Notes: a model not told the origin generated them from the sequence alone. Shown: positions 18,721 to 29,407, numbered from the stretch's first letter. The stretch: DNA of 64,000 nucleotides from an uncultured virus (IMG/VR IMGVR_UViG_3300042860_004714) (IMGVR_UViG_3300042860_004714), one strand, 5' to 3'. A program made the numbers and translations.

Positions 18721-18918
18721 ATGGAAGTAGCTGTCGCTGTCATCGTCGTTTGCTTTGTGCTCTACGTCTTGTTGGATCTGTACTCGCACTTCTCCAATCG
18801 CGCAGAAGAGGAGCGCCGCCAGAGACAGGCGCAGGAGCTGATCAACGAGGCGAAACTCAGACTCGAAGAAGCAGAACGCAACACCAGAGAAGTGCTGGAC
18901 CTGTACAACAAGAAGTAG
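18721..18918 (+). CDS. Small single-pass membrane coiled-coil protein
   Basis: N-terminal TM helix. Confidence 0.65.
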   Translation: MEVAVAVIVVCFVLYVLLDLYSHFSNRAEEERRQRQAQELINEAKLRLEEAERNTREVLDLYNKK

Positions 18919-19115
18919 CGCAACAAACATAACGACAGTTTTGCGACCCGCATTGCGACATCTCTTTGAGTATTCGAGGTATGACGTGTGCGAAGTATAT
19001 CAGTCGCGGAATTGAAGGCTGCCCACAAAGCTCTTGCGGATCGGCTGCAAGAAGGTGTCTACGATTACGGCTTTTTGCGCAAGTAAGCAACAACAAAACC
19101 ACGAAGGACGAAGAA

Positions 19116-19397
19116 ATGAAGAACAGAATCATCAGCATCGGACTTGCGTTTGTGCTTTCCTGCACCGGCGAGAACCCTGAGTACGACTTGGGGTTTGAGC
19201 AGGGCTGTGAGAGCGGCCGGTATGACGCGTACAACTGCTACGCGAAGAACCCGCGGATCGACGGCCTCGAAAAGGAGGAGAGCGAATACGCTGAAGGGTT
19301 TTACGAAGGGTATGTCGACTGCTACGACGCTGCTGTGCTGCTGTCGAGCTGCAATGACTGGCAGACGAACAACGCCTGCAACGCCTGCGCAGAATAG
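19116..19397 (+). CDS. Putative small lipoprotein
   Basis: MKNRIISIGLAFVLSC signal with lipobox-like Cys. Confidence 0.55.
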   Translation: MKNRIISIGLAFVLSCTGENPEYDLGFEQGCESGRYDAYNCYAKNPRIDGLEKEESEYAEGFYEGYVDCYDAAVLLSSCNDWQTNNACNACAE

Positions 19398-19517
19398 ACC
19401 TTCACCAAGAACGCGACAGAGGAAGAGCTTTTCAGTTACCTTTCTGCTTTCTGGAGCACGCGGGGCGGCAAACTCATGCAGTCTCGCTTTATCGACAGCT
19501 AACACAAGAGGTGATTT

Positions 19518-20312
19518 ATGGCGTACAAGAAATCTGGTCCTCCTGAGTGGGTTCTTGCGGCTCGCCCCCTTCTCGGGACGATGCGGGACCCCGAGCTCGC
19601 CCGAATGCTCGGCGTCAACAAGGGCACGCTTCGCGCCCTCCGTCTGCGCGAAGGCATTGCGATGAGTCCGGACATTCCGAGAATCAAGCGAAGGAAGCCT
19701 GATGCCGAGGCTATGGCTTACGCAGACGAGAAGCATCCCGGAATCCTGGAGAAAGTAGGTCTTTTGTCGGACACTGACATCGCAAAGGAATACGGAATCT
19801 CGAGAGCACGGGTCCGAAACATCAGAAACCGGACCAACAAGAAGTCACCGGCCTCAAACGTCTTTTTCCCGAATCGCTTGGATCTGCCCCAAAGCGAAGT
19901 CGACAGGATCGGCAAAGAGCCTGACGCGAAGCTGGCGAAAGAGTGGGGCGTCTCCGCTTCTTCCGTCTGCAGATGGAGAAAACTCAACAGAATTGAGACC
20001 TTCGAGAACAACGATGCGTGGCTGAAGATTGCAGCAGCCCACGATCGCGTGGGGCAGGTGTCTGATCTCAAGCTGTCGTTGGAGTTGCAGGTTTCGCCAC
20101 ACACTATCATGAAGTACCGCAAAAAGCACAACATCAAGCCTGTGCGTGCTTCGCCTGCTTCAGAACACTTCGTGATTGTCGATAAGGACGAACTGAAGAG
20201 GCTGATCGACGAAGGAAAGAGTATCAAAGAGATCGCAACGCACTTCAACAGAAGCCCCGCTTGCATTCACGCCCACAAGAAGAGCTTGGGCCTTACCCGG
20301 AAAAAACCATGA
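19518..20312 (+). CDS. Protein with five tandem helix-turn-helix motifs
   Basis: Repeated G..D..(L/I)A...GVS...V...R units. Confidence 0.75.
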   Translation: MAYKKSGPPEWVLAARPLLGTMRDPELARMLGVNKGTLRALRLREGIAMSPDIPRIKRRKPDAEAMAYADEKHPGILEKVGLLSDTDIAKEYGISRARVRNIRNRTNKKSPASNVFFPNRLDLPQSEVDRIGKEPDAKLAKEWGVSASSVCRWRKLNRIETFENNDAWLKIAAAHDRVGQVSDLKLSLELQVSPHTIMKYRKKHNIKPVRASPASEHFVIVDKDELKRLIDEGKSIKEIATHFNRSPACIHAHKKSLGLTRKKP

Positions 20313-20665
20313 ACAACGACACAAATCTTATGCGCGTCTGCAATGTCATTCGGCTGCTTCTCAACTTGGCCGATGACATCGAGAAATACTCTTTGCCCCC
20401 TGAGGGTATCAAAGCGAACGCCGCGAGCCTCCGTCATGTTATCATGCACTGGTGCGGAGAGTGCAAAGAGCTGAACTTCGTCAGAATCATGGAAATCTTC
20501 TTGTCGGAAGATGCTCGTGTAGTAGAGACCCCGATGCTGTTGGCGGCTGCCATTGCGCGCTACGGAGGCTACATGGAGAGATCGGGCAACTTCAACGACA
20601 AACTCGAAAAAGTGATTGCGCAGACCTTGTGGAACCTCACTGTTATCACGGAAGGAACACAATGA
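20309..20665 (+). CDS. Hypothetical protein
   Basis: ATGA-coupled ORF. Confidence 0.65.
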   Translation: MNNDTNLMRVCNVIRLLLNLADDIEKYSLPPEGIKANAASLRHVIMHWCGECKELNFVRIMEIFLSEDARVVETPMLLAAAIARYGGYMERSGNFNDKLEKVIAQTLWNLTVITEGTQ

Positions 20666-20895
20666 GCCCGTCAGAGAGAGCAGCCCGGAACTTCACCCGG
20701 ACGCGAGGCAAAGCTGCCTTTAGACTGTTCATACAGATGCTCTGCGAGAAGCAGAGTGGCACGGACATCGGGAAGCAGTTCGGCGTCTCCCGAGAACGCG
20801 TCAGACAGTGGAAAGAGATTTTCGGGACTACGATTTCGATCTACCAACCTCACGCAGAAGTGATGCGTGTTATCGGAGGCGGCAATGGACATTGA
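20662..20895 (+). CDS. Small HTH protein (sigma70 region 4-like)
   Basis: SGTDIGKQFGVSRERVRQW. Confidence 0.75.
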   Translation: MSPSERAARNFTRTRGKAAFRLFIQMLCEKQSGTDIGKQFGVSRERVRQWKEIFGTTISIYQPHAEVMRVIGGGNGH

Positions 20896-21232
20896 CGAGA
20901 TCAAGAAGAACTTCATCGAGATGAAAGAGAGACGAGATGAGCAAGAGCTGCGGCTTCAGCAAGGTCGCGACACCTTGTGGCTCGCCAACAAGATCCGCGA
21001 AATCCAGCACAATTCTCGCGCCAACGCGCAAGACATGATCGCGCTGGTCGAGGGTGATTCTCCTGATGAGTGCCGCCGCAGGCTCAAGCTTCTTGCGGAA
21101 GAGCTTCGCCTCGATCTCAGCAAGGGCGCGAACCTCAAGGTCCAAGAGATCCCACTGCACGCGAGACGCAGCCACTCTCCGAGCCCGTTCCTGATCCAAT
21201 GCAGCCTCGAAGACTTTATTGCGATGTTCTGA
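20885..21232 (+). CDS. Hypothetical protein
   Basis: GGAGG RBS. Confidence 0.65.
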   Translation: MDIDEIKKNFIEMKERRDEQELRLQQGRDTLWLANKIREIQHNSRANAQDMIALVEGDSPDECRRRLKLLAEELRLDLSKGANLKVQEIPLHARRSHSPSPFLIQCSLEDFIAMF

Positions 21233-21259
21233 GTCCTGAGTACAGTACGAGAGGTAAAC

Positions 21260-21532
21260 ATGTTGAACGCGATTAGCCTGAACGAAGTGTTTTTCCACGC
21301 AACCCGGCTGGGGCTTAGCTTGTTTGACATCGTCGAAGACGCGGAAGAGCAGACGATTACTGCTGTCTTTCGCGGCAACGAGAGAATGGCGTTGGTTACG
21401 GTGTTCTTAGACGGGGAAGTTATCGTTAGCTGGAAAGCGGAAAAGCCCGTCTTTGTCGAGATACAGCCCGGAAGAACAGCGGCTCTCGACGCTGCTACCC
21501 GAGTACAGTCCTACCTTGCCACAGGAGAGTGA
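21260..21532 (+). CDS. Hypothetical protein
   Basis: GAGG RBS. Confidence 0.65.
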   Translation: MLNAISLNEVFFHATRLGLSLFDIVEDAEEQTITAVFRGNERMALVTVFLDGEVIVSWKAEKPVFVEIQPGRTAALDAATRVQSYLATGE

Positions 21533-21533
21533 C

Positions 21534-22691
21534 ATGAACAAATTCGTTTTGCGCTGCTGGTTGTCGCGGTTGTCTTCCTTGAGGGACATCAACAAGGAGA
21601 TCAGCTACTTGAGCCACGCGAAAGGCTGGGGAAGAGTTATTGCTTTTCCGGGTGCATTCTTCAGCATCGCTGATGTCCTTGCGGACATCGACCACAGTGG
21701 GCCGCTCACTTCTCTGTACGACAAGGGGTGGAAGGATTCACCTTGGTCCTGCATTGGAAACGACTGGGTCGCGAGTTTGATCGCGGCGGATCGAAGCCTC
21801 TCTTGCATGAAGTTGCGTGTACCTAGCGGAGACAAGACCGACTACTACCCCGACCTTGGTATTGTCGTGGTTCATGAGTCAAACAACACAGCGTCTATTG
21901 TGGTCTCGCCCGACACAAGCGCTTTCCGCTCTTGGCTGAATGTGCGCCTCGCAGACAAGGCCCACGCGGCCCAGCAGATCATCCGGTTGCAGAAAGTCTC
22001 TGTTGTTTCCAGCTCCTCGTGGCGAGGGAGCAGCGAGATCACGAAGTGGGGCTTTCGCTCGGATGCTGCCGAAAAGAAAGAGCTTGTGCGAGGGACGTGG
22101 GCTCCGAGTGTAGAAAACATCGCAGCCACCCTGAAGCCCGGAAACTCCATCCTGTTGTTCGGTCCCTCGGGCTGCGGCAAGACTGAGACCGCCATTCAGG
22201 CGGCACTTCACAACGGGGCGTCTCGAGTTCTCGTCATTCCCGGTGGCGTCGTGGGGTCTGAGCTGTACGGCTCCTCTCTCGCAAGCCTCATGGACCTGCT
22301 GGGCGCCTCGGTCCTCGTCATTGATGATCTGGCGGGGGACGCCACTGTCGCGATGCTTGATCACTTCGAGATGCTCAAGAACAACAACTTTAGCGTCATC
22401 GTCACCCTCATGACTGACAACGGCCCTGTGAGACTTCCCGGCTTGCGTCCTGGGCGAATCGATCAGTTCTTCTCGTTCGATACGCCCACAACGGAAGACC
22501 GACTCAACTTGCTTCACTACTACGCTCCGAACGTCAACTTTGCCGGGAGCGACCAGCTCACGAGAAAGTTCACGCCAGCCTACTTGAAAGAGCTGGCCAA
22601 GAGAGCCGTGGCTTCGGGTGACACCGACAAGAAAGCCTGGGAATCTGCCGCAAGGTCGCTTCAGATTCAACTCGACATCGTCAACCGATAG
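21534..22691 (+). CDS. AAA+ ATPase
   Basis: Walker A GPSGCGKT, Walker B VLVIDD, LRPGRID. Confidence 0.85.
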   Translation: MNKFVLRCWLSRLSSLRDINKEISYLSHAKGWGRVIAFPGAFFSIADVLADIDHSGPLTSLYDKGWKDSPWSCIGNDWVASLIAADRSLSCMKLRVPSGDKTDYYPDLGIVVVHESNNTASIVVSPDTSAFRSWLNVRLADKAHAAQQIIRLQKVSVVSSSSWRGSSEITKWGFRSDAAEKKELVRGTWAPSVENIAATLKPGNSILLFGPSGCGKTETAIQAALHNGASRVLVIPGGVVGSELYGSSLASLMDLLGASVLVIDDLAGDATVAMLDHFEMLKNNNFSVIVTLMTDNGPVRLPGLRPGRIDQFFSFDTPTTEDRLNLLHYYAPNVNFAGSDQLTRKFTPAYLKELAKRAVASGDTDKKAWESAARSLQIQLDIVNR

Positions 22692-22702
22692 AAGGAGCTG
22701 AC

Positions 22703-23698
22703 ATGAACACCGAGAAAGAAGAAGTCCGTCACGCTGACAAGACCTGGATCATGGTTCTCGACGATCTCGACGTCGAGGGGGCTCGCCAGAAGCTGATCGA
22801 GGCGGGCGTGGATGGCGACACTCTCGTCGTCGAGAAGGGTGACGAGTCTGATCTGTGGCAGAACCCCGACGTGGTGTTCCGCACCTCGCACATGCGACTC
22901 AACGACTTCACGTACACCCGAGTCCCGGAAAACTCGATCACGCTGAAGATGCTTGTCGAGCAGATCGCAGACGGCCAAAAAGCCCAGAGTGCGTGGCTCG
23001 TCGCACGACAGAAGCTCAAGAGCTTGGACACCGTGGCCCAGTGCCGCCTTCCGATGTCGGCCCTTACGCACCCCGGCTTCCAGGTCTTCCTCTCGGAGTG
23101 CGCCCGAGGCCAGACGCAGATCATCCGCTACTCCACGGTGCAGTCGAGCTGGTCGAAGCACCGCTACAACACGGTGTCTCTCGTCGCCGACATCACCACG
23201 CGCAAGTTTGGCGATGATCGAGACGACGACTACAGCGAGGTGTCGGGGCAAGTCACTTTCGAGGTTCCCATCACCAAGGTGGTGATCGGCCTGGGTGACA
23301 GGGTGACCAAGAACGTGACCCACGTCGTCGTGATGAACAAGCTTGAGGCCGGGATGCCGGATTCGCGCTGCTCCTTGCCGCAGGTCCCGCAGAATAGCTA
23401 CAGCTTTCTGGCGACCCCTCGCAGCCATTTCGAGCGCAAGCTGCATTACGATCTTCGTCTCCTTCTCGGAATCGACGTGAATCCCGAAGAGTTGCCGTAC
23501 TTCGTGCGATCCGAGACTCTTGTGCGAGACGGAACCAATCGTTACGTCTATCTCGTGAAGTTCATCGTCCGCAACGTTGGCTTCTCCCAGCAGAGGTCGA
23601 GCACGATCGAGACCGCTCAGATCCTGCCTCTGCAAGACGCAGTACTTCGGCTTCACCCCGAGGATGCGGGTTTGCTTTACGTGGCGTCCAACCTGTAA
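22703..23698 (+). CDS. Hypothetical protein
   Basis: AAGGAG RBS, 331 aa. Confidence 0.75.
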   Translation: MNTEKEEVRHADKTWIMVLDDLDVEGARQKLIEAGVDGDTLVVEKGDESDLWQNPDVVFRTSHMRLNDFTYTRVPENSITLKMLVEQIADGQKAQSAWLVARQKLKSLDTVAQCRLPMSALTHPGFQVFLSECARGQTQIIRYSTVQSSWSKHRYNTVSLVADITTRKFGDDRDDDYSEVSGQVTFEVPITKVVIGLGDRVTKNVTHVVVMNKLEAGMPDSRCSLPQVPQNSYSFLATPRSHFERKLHYDLRLLLGIDVNPEELPYFVRSETLVRDGTNRYVYLVKFIVRNVGFSQQRSSTIETAQILPLQDAVLRLHPEDAGLLYVASNL

Positions 23699-23722
23699 CA
23701 GACAAGTCGAGAGGACGGGACA

Positions 23723-24403
23723 ATGAGAATTTGGCACATCTCTGATACGCACGGACTTCACGATCAGCTTGTTGTCCCTTCCGGCATCGACGTCGTCGTT
23801 CACAGCGGAGATGCGACCAACAGTCGTGCCAGCTGGGCAAACAAGAACGAGATGATTCGTTTCGTCGAGTGGTTTGCGCAGCTGGCCATCCCGCACAAGA
23901 TCTTTGTGCCCGGCAATCACGACAGCTCGGTCGCGGAACGAGAGTACAAGGCCGAGCTGTTCGAGGAGTTTGGCATTCACCTTCTCGTCGATGAAGATGT
24001 CACACTCGATAGCATCAAGTTCTGGGGCTCTCCTTGGGTTCCTCGTTACGGCGACTGGGTATACATGGCAGACCGCAGCAGCTTCACGCGGCGGTGGTCT
24101 TTCATCCCAGACGACACCGATGTGCTCATCACACACGGCCCTCCGTTCGGCGTGCTTGACGCCACTTACGGAAGCACCAACAAGTTCGAGTTGACTGGTT
24201 GCCGGGCTCTGCAGAAAAGAGTTTTTGTGTTGCGGCCGAGATTGCACCTGTTCGGTCACATTCATTCGTGCGATGACATCAGAAATTCGGGTACGCGAGT
24301 GCTGCCCGATGCAGGAGACACCGTATTTTCCAATGGCGCTTGCTGCGATGATGGTGTCTACGACAAACCAACGAGCAACGGCAATGTGCTTGAGCTCAAC
24401 TGA
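23723..24403 (+). CDS. Calcineurin-like metallophosphoesterase
   Basis: ISDTHG, HSGD, PGNHD, LITHGPP, FGHIH. Confidence 0.92.
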   Translation: MRIWHISDTHGLHDQLVVPSGIDVVVHSGDATNSRASWANKNEMIRFVEWFAQLAIPHKIFVPGNHDSSVAEREYKAELFEEFGIHLLVDEDVTLDSIKFWGSPWVPRYGDWVYMADRSSFTRRWSFIPDDTDVLITHGPPFGVLDATYGSTNKFELTGCRALQKRVFVLRPRLHLFGHIHSCDDIRNSGTRVLPDAGDTVFSNGACCDDGVYDKPTSNGNVLELN

Positions 24404-24452
24404 ACTACGTCAGCACCGTGGTTGACTACTCCAACAAACTCCTCCCGGAGAA

Positions 24453-24956
24453 ATGAAGATGTTCGCTTTCCTTCTCGCTTCCTCGATTGCTTCTGCTCAA
24501 GACAGGCCCTACGACTGCTTGGCGGGAGTGTGCCTCAACGATGTGGCTGTTTCTGTGCAAGACAGCACGGTCTCGATGGCAGGCCGAACCTGGCAGCGCA
24601 GCATTGAGGTCTGTCAGAACCGAGTGGCTTCCATCGCGCTGAACACGGGGTGGTACCAGCCTGGGATCAAGCTCGATGGTGTGCTCCCTGGGGTCTACAC
24701 GCTCACGCAGGGTGACGCAGGGCCGGAAGCGATGGCTTTGCGCAGCAAGGTAGACGCAACGATTCGCGCTCAGGAGTGGCGCGAGGTGACTGTGCAGGGC
24801 CCGGCCACTGTCTACAGGTTTGCCGTCTCCGCTTTGGGCGGTACGCGTATTCTCGCCCTCGAGAGGCTGGAAGCGACGGCTCCTCACGTCTGGACCGTGA
24901 CGCTGGGTTCGGCTCACCCCAACCGCACCGAGCTGTGCAAGACAGGAGGTCTGTGA
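24453..24956 (+). CDS. Secreted hypothetical protein (domain shared with 52492..53649)
   Basis: Signal peptide ending ASA; YDCLAGVCLN. Confidence 0.7.
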   Translation: MKMFAFLLASSIASAQDRPYDCLAGVCLNDVAVSVQDSTVSMAGRTWQRSIEVCQNRVASIALNTGWYQPGIKLDGVLPGVYTLTQGDAGPEAMALRSKVDATIRAQEWREVTVQGPATVYRFAVSALGGTRILALERLEATAPHVWTVTLGSAHPNRTELCKTGGL

Positions 24957-25300
24957 TGGGAAGGCGCGCGTGTCGAACGTGCCCTTGGCGGAAGTCGGTG
25001 CCTCCGGGCGGCTTTCCTGGGGGCTGCGTGAACGAAAAAGAGCTGAAGCAGATGGCCTCGGGTGTGCCCGTCCTCAAAGTCATGCAGTGCCACAGCACAC
25101 CTGATGGGAAAGACGCCAAAGTCTGCGTCGGCTTTGCGATCAAGATCGGGACAAAGAGCGTCGGCTTTCGCTTTGCGGCAAGCCAAGGTCTGATTGACGA
25201 GGTCGAAGACGACGGGGATCTCGTCGATAGCGTTCACGAGTTCATCCAGAAACACAACACGGGAAGGGGGTTGGTCTGCGACCCTTCTCGGAAAGAGTGA
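24956..25300 (+). CDS. DUF6283-like Cys/His protein
   Basis: C..CPWR..VP.G, QCH, CVGF. Confidence 0.6.
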   Translation: MGRRACRTCPWRKSVPPGGFPGGCVNEKELKQMASGVPVLKVMQCHSTPDGKDAKVCVGFAIKIGTKSVGFRFAASQGLIDEVEDDGDLVDSVHEFIQKHNTGRGLVCDPSRKE

Positions 25301-25363
25301 CAAACGCGAATCGATGGCTTTCGTCACGAGTTCACTCTGTCGAAAAGAAGCCCAGGGAGGCTC

Positions 25364-25897
25364 ATGACACGGAAGGTACTTTTCTTGGACTTTGACGGTG
25401 TGCTCAACGACAACGCGTGGTTCGAGACAGAGGAGAGAAAGAACCTCGAACGCGAGTACAGGAGGCGGGACAAAGCTCTGCCTCCGACAGAGAGTGAGAT
25501 CACGATGAAGCTGGGGCTGGCGGACATTCGACCCCAGTACGCGGCAAGAGTAAGGGAGATTGTCGATAGGACTGGTTGTGAGGTCATCGTCTGCTCTGCT
25601 TGGAGGTACACCTTTACAGCAGAACAGATCTGGTACTTGCTTCAGTCTCAAGGCATCCCCTGCAACGGAGTGGTTCAACAGACAAGAAGACGTAAGTTGT
25701 CGGATTTGCTCGACTACCGTGTTCCCGACATCAAAGCTGTGGTTTCCACCTTTGCAGGAAAGACGAACTGGTGTGTCTTGGACGACAGCGTGAATGCCAG
25801 CGAAGTGGACGGAAGAGCAGTCACTCCTGTGGATGGCGTGACTCGAGACAACGTAGAAGAAGTGGTTCGGATCCTCAACAACACTGACACCGAGTAG
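25364..25897 (+). CDS. HAD-family phosphatase (Swiss-army-knife RNA-repair-like HAD)
   Basis: LFLDFDGVLN, SAWR, VLDD. Confidence 0.85.
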   Translation: MTRKVLFLDFDGVLNDNAWFETEERKNLEREYRRRDKALPPTESEITMKLGLADIRPQYAARVREIVDRTGCEVIVCSAWRYTFTAEQIWYLLQSQGIPCNGVVQQTRRRKLSDLLDYRVPDIKAVVSTFAGKTNWCVLDDSVNASEVDGRAVTPVDGVTRDNVEEVVRILNNTDTE

Positions 25898-25908
25898 CGG
25901 AGAAACAA

Positions 25909-27201
25909 ATGACCCTGCGTCGTTACCTTGATGGTCGCATCACCCTCAACACCCTCAACTACCAGCCCTGGGAGCTGGAGCCCGGTCAGGTCTACACCTT
26001 CGAGAAGGACATGCAAGTCGGCTTGCACCTCGTCAAGAGCAAGGAGGGCTTGACCTTGCCCCCCAAGCTTTACGGCAACGTCGAAGCGCGCAGCCAGCGC
26101 GTGCTCAAGACGTTCGGCCTCCTGGGGCGCCTCGGTGTCGCGCTCTACGGGCTCAAGGGAAGCGGGAAGTCGCTGCTCGCGGCGCACATCCTCAAGTCGA
26201 GCAACCTGCCGATCATCAGCATGAACAAGCCGTTCTCGCCGTCCGAGTTCGGACCGTTCCTCGATTACGTCGGCCCGCACGCCGTGTTCTTCGATGAGTT
26301 CGGCAAGATATACAATGATGCGGACCTGCAAGCTCAGCTCTTGCCGTTCTTCGACTCCGCCCATGCGGCCAAGCGCCTGGTCGTGGTCACGGACAACACG
26401 GATCACGCGGTCTCGGATGCCAACCGCAACCGACCCGGTCGGTTCCACTACCTGTGGCGCTTCTCGGGACTCGAAGAGGCGTTCGTTCGGGACTACATCA
26501 ACGACCACTTGACGGCGCCTGCCGAGTACCGCGAAGCCGTGCTGCAGCGGGCCGAAGACATGAGGTCTGAGCTGTCCTTCGACATCCTGCGGGCCCTGGT
26601 GTGGGAGTGCAACAACTACCACACGGAGCTTTCGCCGGCTGACGTGCTGGCCCCGCTCAACGCCGAGGTCAAGCCGGTCTCGTACGGCTGGTCAGTAAGC
26701 TTTGAGTGGAGTGAGCCCTTCGCTGCTGTCGGCTTTCTCTGCAACGCGTCGAAGTACGCCGAAAACGTGGAGGAGATCATCGAGTCGGCCGGCTTGTACT
26801 CGGTCACTGTCCTCGTCAAGCGCGAGCATCCCAAGAAGCCGTTTAACGCAGAAAGCGGAGAGGACGAGGATGAGGACATCGACGAGGACTACTCCAACAG
26901 CATGACGGACGAAGAGTTCGCTCAGACCAACTACTGGGATTCGACCAAGTTCCAGCGGTACAGCACCTCGTTCAACTTCCCGTCCTCGTTCTTGGTTCAG
27001 GAGACTGCCAAGAAGCTCCAGTACCGTTTCCCCATCGTGGTCAACGGTCGCCTGGATTTCGCGCTTCTGCGTGACCTCAACCTCTTCTCCTACCTCTCTG
27101 CGTCGCATCTGGTCAAGGAGTTCAGGAAGCACCAGAACTTGGAGCTGAGCCTCTTCCTCGAGCGGAAGAATCGCGAAGTCTTCCGGTCGTGGGCCATGTG
27201 A
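25909..27201 (+). CDS. AAA+ ATPase
   Basis: GLKGSGKS, FFDEF, NRPGRFHY. Confidence 0.88.
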   Translation: MTLRRYLDGRITLNTLNYQPWELEPGQVYTFEKDMQVGLHLVKSKEGLTLPPKLYGNVEARSQRVLKTFGLLGRLGVALYGLKGSGKSLLAAHILKSSNLPIISMNKPFSPSEFGPFLDYVGPHAVFFDEFGKIYNDADLQAQLLPFFDSAHAAKRLVVVTDNTDHAVSDANRNRPGRFHYLWRFSGLEEAFVRDYINDHLTAPAEYREAVLQRAEDMRSELSFDILRALVWECNNYHTELSPADVLAPLNAEVKPVSYGWSVSFEWSEPFAAVGFLCNASKYAENVEEIIESAGLYSVTVLVKREHPKKPFNAESGEDEDEDIDEDYSNSMTDEEFAQTNYWDSTKFQRYSTSFNFPSSFLVQETAKKLQYRFPIVVNGRLDFALLRDLNLFSYLSASHLVKEFRKHQNLELSLFLERKNREVFRSWAM

Positions 27202-27236
27202 GGTAGCGCAAGCAGGGTGGGGTTAGGCCCTGTGCG

Positions 27237-27258
27237 GCTTCCGGCTTCGGCCGGGAGC
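27237..27258 (+). terminator. Stable UUCG-capped hairpin
   Basis: GCTTCCGGC-TTCG-GCCGGGAGC in intergenic gap. Confidence 0.45.
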
Positions 27259-27281
27259 GTCCCCGACGACAAACACTTTTC

Positions 27282-29369
27282 GTGCTTGCGAGGTATCAGT
27301 TGACCACAGCAAAAAGCTATACTCTCCCCACTCTCCCCGCTCGGTACCGCATCAAAGACGCACTCCTCGAGGCGAAGATTCGGATCACTGACTGGAACGG
27401 CCACATGAAGCGCGGCTCGTACTGGTTAGAAGATTTCTGGAACGAGCCGCCAGAAGTGAGAGAGGAGAACTTGCTGACCTCGTCTTGGTTTTTTGGCGTG
27501 TCCGATGAAAAAGTCGACGAGCTGATCGAAGCGCTGAAAGGCGGTCCAGCTCTGACCGAGTTCGTGGAGATCGAGACCTCGTCAAATCGACTTCTTTGCC
27601 CTTTCTGCGACAAAAGACTCGATCTGGCCACAGACGGCCACATTCTTCGCGTTTCTGGTGCTCCTTGTCCCCTCCCAGAAGGGATCGACCACTTCGACGT
27701 AGAGCTGAACATCCCTTCGGGGCGCATCGTCGTCAGTGATGACCTGAGAGAGTGGTACAAGTCGGACCACAAGGACGAAAACATCAATCGCCTGAAAGGC
27801 CGCATCAATACGACTGCGGCCTACGCCGAAATCAACCTGGCTGTAGGGTGTATCGGGAACAGTGACCCGGGTCTTTACCGCAAAGGCGGGAAGATCACGA
27901 TCGGCCTCAAAGGCTCTTCTCGGAAGGGAAAGAAAAACTTGATGCCGTCCGCCCCTTGGGGCAGGAAGATTGCTGAGATCAGAACTCAGTTGTGGTGGTA
28001 TTCACTGGCAGACCTCGATGACTTTACGGAGCGTCTGGCCTACTACACTCCGGACTTGTCGCTGAGCGACTGGGAAAAGGCATACGGCAACAGCGTCATC
28101 AAGGTAAAGCCTGGTGTGTACCGCGTTCGCTGGTATGCCAACTTCCAGGATACCGACCAAGGCGAGCGAATGGCTGAAGTGGAATGGATTCGGCCGGCTG
28201 ACCCGAGAGTCGACCACTTGACTCGATACAAGAACACGAGGCTGACGGCTCTGGAGTGTTGCATCCAAAGTGTCTTGGACTGGCCGACGCTGTATCTGCC
28301 TCACAGGACCGAACACGGCAGATACGAAGACCGTCTTTCGTGGGAGGAACTGGACGAGAGCCAGCGTCTTTACTCTATCGCAAGGGCAGCAGATCACTTG
28401 ATGTGTGTTCTTGGCGGTGGGGTCGAATGGCACGAAAACGGTCATGTTTTGACCCGTGTCAGTGCGGAAACAAAGAAGTTTGCCGCAGGAATCTCTGCGG
28501 ACGGAATCGTGCCTCTCTTTGAAGAGGGTTACAACTGGTACCCTTTCAGCGAAGGCTACGGAGGGATGTGTCTCGGCGCTGGGTTGCAGAATCACTACAG
28601 ACAAGTGCCTGAGATCAACCTGAACCCTACGTTTGCCCTGTTGTCGCTCAACATCGCGGCCAACTACTTGCGGTACCCGCCGAAGCCGCGGCTGAACGGA
28701 GAGGCCTGGCCGCCAGTTTTCCTTGTCAGCGAAGTTCGCGATCGGATGAAGCTGGCTCTGCGAGTGTACCGCGAGACGCGAAAGAGGTACGACGTCGGTC
28801 CCATGGACCCTGTGTTTGATGCTCTTGCAATGGATGCCGCGTATGACGACGTGATCGAACAGTGCGACCTGGGCCCAGACCACCCGCCCGAAGACCAGTG
28901 GGGTGATCCTCCTGGCATCCTTGAGTTCGAGAAGTTCAAGTTCGTCGAGTTCGACGCGAGCCTCAGCCAGAGCAAAGACGGATACTGCTGGCACCCAAAG
29001 AACCCGGGCTGCTCCGGCTGCTGGGCTCGTCCCGAAGACGCTCAAAGGTATGCGATCAATTCAAATCAAAGAGAGGAGGGTTTCTACTCCAACGCGGGTA
29101 GGTCAGTACCGCTAAAGTTCGTCGCCAGAGTGGTCAAGATCGTTCCCACCCATATGGGCCCTGTTCTTGAGGTCAGTTTCGATTACGGCGACGACAAGAT
29201 GCACGGACCGAGTGCTTGCCGTTGGGCAATCGCGAAAAAACAAGCTGATGCCGTTAGAGGTTTCAACGACGAGGAAGAATACGAAAAACTTCTCGCTCCG
29301 ATGAAGAAGGTCTTCGATGACATGGAACAGCTGATCGAGACCAAGAAAAAGCAGATTTTCGGGGGATGA
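27282..29369 (+). CDS. Large hypothetical protein
   Basis: 695-aa ORF, no motif recognised; start uncertain. Confidence 0.75.
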   Translation: MLARYQLTTAKSYTLPTLPARYRIKDALLEAKIRITDWNGHMKRGSYWLEDFWNEPPEVREENLLTSSWFFGVSDEKVDELIEALKGGPALTEFVEIETSSNRLLCPFCDKRLDLATDGHILRVSGAPCPLPEGIDHFDVELNIPSGRIVVSDDLREWYKSDHKDENINRLKGRINTTAAYAEINLAVGCIGNSDPGLYRKGGKITIGLKGSSRKGKKNLMPSAPWGRKIAEIRTQLWWYSLADLDDFTERLAYYTPDLSLSDWEKAYGNSVIKVKPGVYRVRWYANFQDTDQGERMAEVEWIRPADPRVDHLTRYKNTRLTALECCIQSVLDWPTLYLPHRTEHGRYEDRLSWEELDESQRLYSIARAADHLMCVLGGGVEWHENGHVLTRVSAETKKFAAGISADGIVPLFEEGYNWYPFSEGYGGMCLGAGLQNHYRQVPEINLNPTFALLSLNIAANYLRYPPKPRLNGEAWPPVFLVSEVRDRMKLALRVYRETRKRYDVGPMDPVFDALAMDAAYDDVIEQCDLGPDHPPEDQWGDPPGILEFEKFKFVEFDASLSQSKDGYCWHPKNPGCSGCWARPEDAQRYAINSNQREEGFYSNAGRSVPLKFVARVVKIVPTHMGPVLEVSFDYGDDKMHGPSACRWAIAKKQADAVRGFNDEEEYEKLLAPMKKVFDDMEQLIETKKKQIFGG

Positions 29370-29407
29370 ATGCTTCTCCCTCAACTCAACGCCACAAGGA
29401 GTGAACT

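Noticed and set aside
25400..25409. GTGCTCAACG resembling a CRISPR repeat start
   Set aside because: Encodes the conserved VLN of the HAD motif; no hairpin follows
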